Made by a program: the position numbers and the translations under genes. 64,000 nucleotides of DNA from Schizosaccharomyces osmophilus (lineage: Eukaryota): the NCBI RefSeq assembly GCF_027921745.1, contig NC_079240.1, forward strand, positions 1,302,001 to 1,366,000. The letters run 5' to 3'. Below, in pieces: positions 57,407-64,000 of the stretch (position 1 is its first letter; the number at the start of each line of letters is the position of its first letter). The notes beneath the pieces are model-generated. The model did no database searches. It worked only from the letters and a program-made list of their open reading frames with translations, and was not told where the DNA came from.

Positions 57407-60400
57407 TTAAGCAAGAAAGAAGCAAACAGCAACAACAGATAGACCAGTCAAGAAGACGGAGGCCTTAGATCCTGCAGAGGCAGCAGAAGCTTGAGGTGAG
57501 GAACTATTGCTTCCGCTTCCGGAAGAGGTCTGATCTGCAGCCTTCAAATCGGAGGTAACGTTTCCGGAAGTCCAGTTTCCAAATCCACTGCCTAAACCAC
57601 CGGCATGAGTTGTGGATGTAACAAAGCTGCTGTTACCAGAGGAAAGGTGGGTAACAGGGAAGATAGAGGTTGCTTTACCGGTTACGATAGTACTATAGTT
57701 ACTGTAAGTCAATGTACTGTTAACGGGAATGGTGCTGGAGACATTAATGATGGGAGAAGTACCGTTGGTAAAGCCACTGGAGGCAGTACCAGAGCCAGCG
57801 GCACCGAGATCACCAGAAGAACTAGCGGGAGCAGATGTGGTGGGAGCGGCATAGGTGGTAGTGCCGGCAATTACAGTACTAGTCAAAGAGACAGTGCGAG
57901 GCAAAGTCTTGGTTTGAGCGATAGTACCAACGCTAGTGCTGGTGAAGGGATGAGTCTCAGTAGAAACACCACGGTTGGTACCAGCTGGAGAGCCACCAGC
58001 AGAGCCGGAAGAGCCACCAGCAGGAGTGCCGCCAGCACTAGGAGAAGTGGTGATGGTTTCGGTGCCAGTAACGGTGCTAGTGATAGAATCAGTGGAGGTG
58101 ACCACGGTAGGGACAACAGATGTACCAGCATTAGTGCTTGTGGTAGAATCAGTGGTGACCACGGTAGGGACAACAGATGTACCAGCATTAGTGCTTGTGG
58201 TAGACTCAGTGGTGACCACGGTAGGGACAACAGATGTACCAGCATTAGTGCTTGTGGTAGACTCAGTGGTGACCACGGTAGGGACAACAGATGTACCAGC
58301 ATTATTGCTTGTGGTAGAATCAGTGGAGGTGACCACAGTAGGGACAATAGATGTACCGACAACAGTGCTTGTACCGCCAACGGTAACCACGCTAGTGTAA
58401 GTACTAGTCTGGGTAACAGGAACAATGCTGTGGCCGGTTGTTGTCACAACGTAGCTATGGGAGCCGGCGGAAGTGGCAGGAGCAGAAGATGGATTGGCAG
58501 GGTCAGTGACAGTTGTTAACTCGGTGGTCGGAACAGTAGCAGTTGTGACGACGTCGCTAGTAGTTGTGATGGTATCCGTACCAGTAACCGTGCGGGTAAT
58601 AGGAACAGTGGTGTTCTGATATTGGGTAGTGGTGACGACAGAATAGCCAGGAGCAGTAGTAGGAGCTACACTAGTGCTGTTCAGAGGAGTGGAAACATTT
58701 CTAGCAGGAGAAGTGGTGGGTGCAACACTAGTGCTGTTCAGAGGGAAAGGAGTGGAAACATTTCTAGCAGGAGAAGTGGTGGGTGCAACACTAGTGCTGT
58801 TCAGAGGGAAAGGAGTGGAAACATTTCTAGCAGGAGCAGTGGTAGGAGCTACACTAGTGCTGTTCAGAGGAGTGGAAACATTTCTAGCAGGAGAAGTGGT
58901 GGGTGCAACACTAGTGCTGTTCAGAGGGAAAGGAGTGGAAACATTTCTAGCAGGAGAAGTGGTGGGTGCAACACTAGTGCTGTTCAGAGGGAAAGGAGTG
59001 GAAACATTTCTAGCAGGAGCAGTGGTAGGAGCTACACTAGTGCTGTTCAGAGGAGTGGAAACATTTCTAGCAGGAGCAGTGGTAGGTGCAACACTAGTGC
59101 TGTTCAAAGGGAAAGGAGTGGAAACATTTCTAGCAGGAGCAGTAGTGGGTGCAACACTAGTGCTGTTCAGAGGGAAAGGAGTGGAAACATTTCTAGCAGG
59201 AGCAGTGGTAGGAGCTACACTAGTGCTGTTCAGAGGAGTGGAAACATTTCTAGCAGGAGCAGTAGTGGGTGCAACACTAGTGCTGTTCAGAGGGAAAGGA
59301 GTGGAAACATTTCTAGCGGGAGCAGTGGTAGGAGCTACACTAGTGCTGTTCAGAGGAGTGGAAACATTTCTAGCAGGAGAAGTGGTGGGTGCAACACTAG
59401 TGCTGTTCAAAGGAGTAGAGACGTTTCTAGCGGGAGCAGTGGTGGGAGCTACACTAGTGCTGTTCAGAGGAGTGGAAACATTTCTAGCAGGAGCAGTGGT
59501 AGGTGCAACACTAGTGCTGTTCAGAGGAGTGGAAACATTTCTAGCAGGAGAAGTGGTGGGTGCAACACTAGTGCTGTTCAGAGGGAAAGGAGTGGAAACA
59601 TTTCTAGCAGGAGCAGTGGTAGGTGCAACACTAGTGCTGTTCAGAGGGAAAGGAGTGGAAACATTTCTAGCAGGAGCAGTGGTAGGTGCAACACTAGTGC
59701 TGTTCAAAGGAGTAGAGACATTTCTAGCGGGAGCAGTGGTGGGTGCAACACTAGTGCTGTTCAGAGGGAAAGGAGTGGAAACATTTCTAGCGGGAGCAGT
59801 GGTGGGTGCAACACTAGTGCTATTCAAAGGAGTAGAGACGTTTCTAGCGGGAGCAGTGGTGGGAGCTACACTAGTGCTGTTCAGAGGAGTGGAAACATTT
59901 CTAGCAGGAGCAGTGGTAGGTGCAACACTAGTGCTGTTCAAAGGAGTAGAGACATTTCTAGCGGGAGCAGTGGTGGGTGCAACACTAGTGCTGTTCAGAG
60001 GGAAAGGAGTGGAAACATTTCTAGCGGGAGCAGTGGTAGGAGCAACACTAGTGCTGTTCAAAGGGGTAGAGACATTTCTGGCGGTAGCACTACTCAAAGG
60101 AGTGGAAGAAGCAGGAGTGCTAGAGTTGCTGCTAGGAGCACTGGTCAATGGAGTGGAAGAAGCAGGAGTGCTAGAGTTGCTGCTAGGAGCACTACTCAAA
60201 GGAGTGGAAGAAGCAGAAGTGCTAGAGTTGCTGCTAGGAGCACTGGTCAATGGAGTGGAAGAAGCAGGAGTGCTAGAGTTGCTGCTAGGAGCACTACTCA
60301 AAGGAGTGGAAGAAGCAGAAGTGCTAGAGTTGCTGCTAGGAGCACTGGTCAATGGAGTGGAAGAAGCAGGAGTGCTAGAGTTGCTGCTAGGAGCACTACT

Positions 60401-61645
60401 CAAAGGAGTGGAAGAAGCAGGAGTGCTAGAGTTGCTGCTAGGAGCACTACTCAAAGGAGTGGAAGAAGCAGAAGTGCTAGAGTTGCTGCTAGGAGCACTG
60501 GTCAATGGAGTGGAAGAAGCAGAAGTGCTAGAGTTGCTGCTGGGAGCACTACTCAAAGGAGTGGAAGAAGCAGAAGTGCTAGAGTTGCTGCTGGGAGCAC
60601 TACTCAAAGGAGTGGAAGAAGCAGAAGTGCTAGAGTTGCTGCTAGGAGCACTACTCAAAGGAGTGGAAGAAGCAGAAGTGCTAGAGTTGCTGCTAGGAGC
60701 ACTGGTCAATGGAGTGGAAGAAGCAGAAGTGCTAGAGTTGCTGCTGGGAGCACTACTCAAAGGAGTGGAAGAAGCAGAAGTGCTAGAGTTGCTGCTAGGA
60801 GCACTGGTCAATGGAGTGGAAGAAGCAGAAGTGCTAGAGTTGCTGCTAGGAGCACTGTTCAATGGAGTAGAAGAAGTAGGAGTGCTAGAAGGAGCGCTAG
60901 AGGGTCCAGTCAATGGAGTGCTAGAGTTGCTGCTAGCAGCGCTAGCGGGAGCACTACTCAAAGGAGTACTAGAAGTAGCACTAGAGGGAGAACTGCTCAA
61001 AGGAGTACTAGAAGCGACACTAGAAGAAGCACTAGAAGGAGCACTACTCAATGGAGTGCTAGAGTTGCTACTAGCAGCACTAGCGGGAGCACTACTCAAA
61101 GGAGTACTAGAAGCGACACTAGAAGAAGCACTAGAAGGAGCACTACTCAATGGAGTGCTAGAGTTGCTACTAGCAGCACTAGCGGGAGCACTACTCAAAG
61201 GAGTGCTAGAAGGAGAACTGCTCAAAGGAGTACTAGAAGGAGAACTGCTCAAAGGAGTACTAGAAGCAGCGCTAGAGGGAGCACTGCTCAAAGGAGTACT
61301 AGAAGCAGCGCTAGAAGGAGAACTACTCAAAGGAGTGCTAGAAGGAGAACTGCTCAAAGGAGTACTAGAAGGAGCACTGCTCAAAGGAGTACTAGAAGCA
61401 GCACTAGAGGGAGAACTACTCAAAGGAGTGCTAGAAGGAGAACTGCTCAAAGGAGTACTAGAAGGAGCACTGCTCAAAGGAGTACTAGAAGGAGCACTGC
61501 TCAAAGGAGTAGAGCTGTTGGTATAAGGGCCGCCAGCTCTTCTAGCTAGGGTGTAGGCATCGGCGGGGCCATTGGCAGCCTCCGAGGAAATCGAGAGAAA
61601 AGGAGTCGCGATTAAAAGAGCAACGGCAAAAGAAGAGATCTTCAT
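57407..61645 (-). CDS. pfl2: GPI-anchored Ser/Thr-rich cell-surface flocculin/adhesin (Pfl2-like)
   Basis: Signal peptide, about 1000 aa of S/T/P tandem repeats with N-glycosylation sequons, hydrophobic GPI-type C-terminus. Name tentative, from synteny. Confidence 0.7.
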   Translation of the reverse strand: MKISSFAVALLIATPFLSISSEAANGPADAYTLARRAGGPYTNSSTPLSSAPSSTPLSSAPSSTPLSSSPSSTPLSSSPSSAASSTPLSSAPSSTPLSSSPSSTPLSSSPSSAASSTPLSSAPSSAASSTPLSSSPSSTPLSSSPSSTPLSSAPASAASSNSSTPLSSAPSSASSSVASSTPLSSAPASAASSNSSTPLSSAPSSASSSVASSTPLSSSPSSATSSTPLSSAPASAASSNSSTPLTGPSSAPSSTPTSSTPLNSAPSSNSSTSASSTPLTSAPSSNSSTSASSTPLSSAPSSNSSTSASSTPLTSAPSSNSSTSASSTPLSSAPSSNSSTSASSTPLSSAPSSNSSTSASSTPLSSAPSSNSSTSASSTPLTSAPSSNSSTSASSTPLSSAPSSNSSTPASSTPLSSAPSSNSSTPASSTPLTSAPSSNSSTSASSTPLSSAPSSNSSTPASSTPLTSAPSSNSSTSASSTPLSSAPSSNSSTPASSTPLTSAPSSNSSTPASSTPLSSATARNVSTPLNSTSVAPTTAPARNVSTPFPLNSTSVAPTTAPARNVSTPLNSTSVAPTTAPARNVSTPLNSTSVAPTTAPARNVSTPLNSTSVAPTTAPARNVSTPFPLNSTSVAPTTAPARNVSTPLNSTSVAPTTAPARNVSTPFPLNSTSVAPTTAPARNVSTPFPLNSTSVAPTTSPARNVSTPLNSTSVAPTTAPARNVSTPLNSTSVAPTTAPARNVSTPLNSTSVAPTTSPARNVSTPLNSTSVAPTTAPARNVSTPFPLNSTSVAPTTAPARNVSTPLNSTSVAPTTAPARNVSTPFPLNSTSVAPTTAPARNVSTPFPLNSTSVAPTTAPARNVSTPLNSTSVAPTTAPARNVSTPFPLNSTSVAPTTSPARNVSTPFPLNSTSVAPTTSPARNVSTPLNSTSVAPTTAPARNVSTPFPLNSTSVAPTTSPARNVSTPFPLNSTSVAPTTSPARNVSTPLNSTSVAPTTAPGYSVVTTTQYQNTTVPITRTVTGTDTITTTSDVVTTATVPTTELTTVTDPANPSSAPATSAGSHSYVVTTTGHSIVPVTQTSTYTSVVTVGGTSTVVGTSIVPTVVTSTDSTTSNNAGTSVVPTVVTTESTTSTNAGTSVVPTVVTTESTTSTNAGTSVVPTVVTTDSTTSTNAGTSVVPTVVTSTDSITSTVTGTETITTSPSAGGTPAGGSSGSAGGSPAGTNRGVSTETHPFTSTSVGTIAQTKTLPRTVSLTSTVIAGTTTYAAPTTSAPASSSGDLGAAGSGTASSGFTNGTSPIINVSSTIPVNSTLTYSNYSTIVTGKATSIFPVTHLSSGNSSFVTSTTHAGGLGSGFGNWTSGNVTSDLKAADQTSSGSGSNSSSPQASAASAGSKASVFLTGLSVVAVCFFLA
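58080..58370 (-). repeat. About 57-nt coding repeat TSVVPTVVTT(E/D)STTSTNAG, about 5 copies
   Basis: Direct inspection. Confidence 0.85.
58650..60082 (-). repeat. 57/63-nt coding minisatellite ARNVSTP(FP)LNSTSVAPTT(A/S)P, about 24 copies
   Basis: Near-identical DNA units with or without a 6-nt insert. Confidence 0.95.
60085..61520 (-). repeat. 51-nt repeat SSNSST(S/P)ASSTPL(S/T)SAP, grading into 27-39-nt SSTPLSS(A/S)P units
   Basis: Direct inspection. Confidence 0.92.
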
Positions 61646-64000
61646 CGTGCAGAAAAGTACAAATTAGTACCAAAGAAAAAATAGAAATTAAAGAAAATGA
61701 AAATCGTCAATTCTTTTTAAGAGACTGTAAGAATTAGGGAACAATCCTTTTTTGTAAAGAAAACAATGAATGTTAATAGTATCAAATCAAAAAACCAAAA
61801 AAAAACCAAAAAAAACCAAAATAAGAGGTATCAAGCCAAACTACAGGAAAAGAAGAAACAGAGACGAACAGGCGTTCTATCGCAAGATATAACACACAGT
61901 AGGCCTTTTGTGTTCTAAATAGCTACGAAAAAGCTATAGAAAGAATGGTGAGGTAAACTACAAGTTCAAAGTGAATGTTTTTCGCAGCAAAACCTCAAAC
62001 CTAACAGAAACAAAAATATAAAGTCGCAAGACTGGATTCAAAGAACGTCTTTGACTAAAAAATCTTGTTTCTTAGACTAAGGGAATGAGAAAAAAGACTA
62101 GGAGAAAAATTTCAAGGTTTGGGGAGTGTTCTCAAGCGGAACAAGGGGATAGCTGGACGGGAATATATAAGGGGAAGAATTCTCGGTTATTGGTAGAAAG
62201 ATGAGGAATCGTAGAACACTAGGGTTCATGCTTGGAATCGACCCTTTTTGCACTTTGTTACGTACCAAGTAACATGTTTGTCGCGGGCTTAGCAAAGTTC
62301 GTCGCGTAAAGGAACAGAGAAGAAACAAGGTAACGACCGAGAAACAAGGAATTGAGTCTGCGCGAATGACGTTTATTTATGAGCTTCTAGAAGCTATCAA
62401 CGACTAATCATAAGAGGCTTGTGACTTCAATAAGAAACGGCTATTGTCCAATGAAGCTTAGTATTACGTCAAAAGCATTCGATGAATGGAACAAGTACGA
62501 TCAGAAGAGTTGGTCTAGATGCTTCGAATGTGTTCTTCAAAGCATGAAAAAGAACGGCGATGCCGTTCATTGGATGTTTTCGCTCGCATGCGGAAACCCA
62601 AGTTGGAAGGAACCAAAAGGGACATTACACCCAACAAGTGGGAATGATTGGAAGGGAAGGTGAAGAAGAAGGGGGGCTTTCGGTTGTGGTCAGGTGTGGG
62701 CAGTGACATCTTCGTAGGCGAGTGGTCCCGCCGTTTGAGGGTGAAGAAGAAGGGGCAGGGGTTTGCGTGGTCAAGTGTCAGGTGTCAGCAAGGTTTATCG
62801 AGGTCACACGGGTTACTTGGGTTATTGAACGAGAGAAAGGACGAAGAGAAGCGTTTGTTTCGTCAGCGGTGATGGATGTGTCTTCTCTTCATGTTCTTTT
62901 GCGATTATAAAGTATACGAGGGAATCGTCTAGTTGATGTTTGATGTTTTCATCGAAACTGGAGTGGAGCGACGACACTGCGGCGACGCTTTCGTAATCCT
63001 AGGAATTTTCCTTTGGTTTTTTCGAATAGTTATATGCTTATTCAAATGCTGTTGTTAGATAATAGTATGCTTGTATTTATTGAGTATGCTAATCTTGGAT
63101 GAACATGCTCTTATCGAATCTCTGTTGGTATTACCACCATATAAGAGTATACCTTTGGGACGTAGAAGATGTATACAATACAAAATAGAGATCACAAGCA
63201 TTGTAACGTAGTTATCGTAGAATGTTGTACTTTTTCAATAAGATTGTATTATGCTTTGCTTACAGAACTTTGTAGTTTTCTTTCCTTTGAAATTCTTTCC
63301 GGCGAAAAAAGTCGCTTAGATGTCAATTGCTTTAGTTCCTAGGATGCGAATCCCTTTTTTCCCTTCATTTCCATCCCATTATAACGAATGCTTCCCTCCC
63401 TCCCTTTTCAACCTTTTGCTACCATTTCCACACTATTCTACATTCCTCTATGTTCACAAATCTGATTGTACTCTACCAGGAATCACTGAAACTTTCACCT
63501 CTATTCTATCACAATACTATTTCTTACCATAGTACGTCTATGGAAAGAGGAATCTCCACCTTTTTGAAGTTTTTACTGTTTACGCCCATGTAAATAAAAA
63601 TAAAGAAAAAAAATCAGATCTCTTACAATGGATTCTTTTCCTCCTTCGTCATATCGTCTTGGAAACCTCTATAACCCGATTTCAATGGTTTCGAACTAAA
63701 AACCTCGCCAAATCTCACTTTTCAAGTGGAGCTTTGAAACAATTCTTCTTTGTCTGTTTCTGTTCTCTCAATTTTATTATTTTTTCTACTTTTTCAAGAG
63801 GATCACTGTTCTTTGATTCGTTTCTGCCGACTACCGCTGGTTGTGGGACCCCTTTGTTGATGTCTGACGTCTGCACCAATATTCCTTATTTTCTTGTTGA
63901 TTTCGGTCTTTCTTCCATTCTCCAAGTTTTTCGGTCTTTTTCTCTCTCACTACTTTTCGCTTTTCTTTCTTTTTCTTTTTCTTTTTCTTTCCTCCTTATC

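Noticed and set aside
58622..61549. Two very long + strand ORFs (975 and 950 aa)
   Set aside because: Antisense shadows of stop-free tandem repeats in the flocculin. They have non-ATG starts and purely periodic translations.

Overview
Eukaryotic, AT-rich, gene-dense DNA with short GT-AG introns and CTRAY branchpoints. It is from a fission yeast (Schizosaccharomyces, most likely the octosporus/cryophilus/osmophilus clade, not S. pombe itself). Gene order matches my recollection of S. pombe chromosome I cosmids SPAC2F3, SPAC11G7 and SPAPB18E9/15E9: imt1, lsm6, Sec72-like, rpa49, rim1, aldo-keto reductase, kap104, sut1, [extra MFS transporter], hem1, RNASEK/V-ATPase subunit f, vps54, ppx1, plp1, qtr2, saf2, lsk1, CHY/RING ligase, mtl2, pub1, idh1, ubi1, mct1, mug132-like, trm5, ppk18 and a pfl2-like flocculin. 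I reconstructed exon structures by hand. Most notable: (1) qtr2 runs in frame into plp1. One 43-nt intron with a stop codon inside its 5' splice site decides between a stand-alone Qtr2 and a Qtr2-Plp1 fusion, and the only plausible Plp1 start codon lies inside the qtr2 CDS. (2) Most longer introns carry hairpins, often starting at intron position +5/+6. (3) A decayed UPF0300/mug132 paralog lies between idh1 and ubi1. (4) There is an extra MFS gene, a long intergenic hairpin upstream of sut1, and an overlapping uORF on ppk18. I recognised no tRNA, rRNA, transposon or CRISPR. Gene names come from recognising the proteins and remembered synteny, not from database searches.
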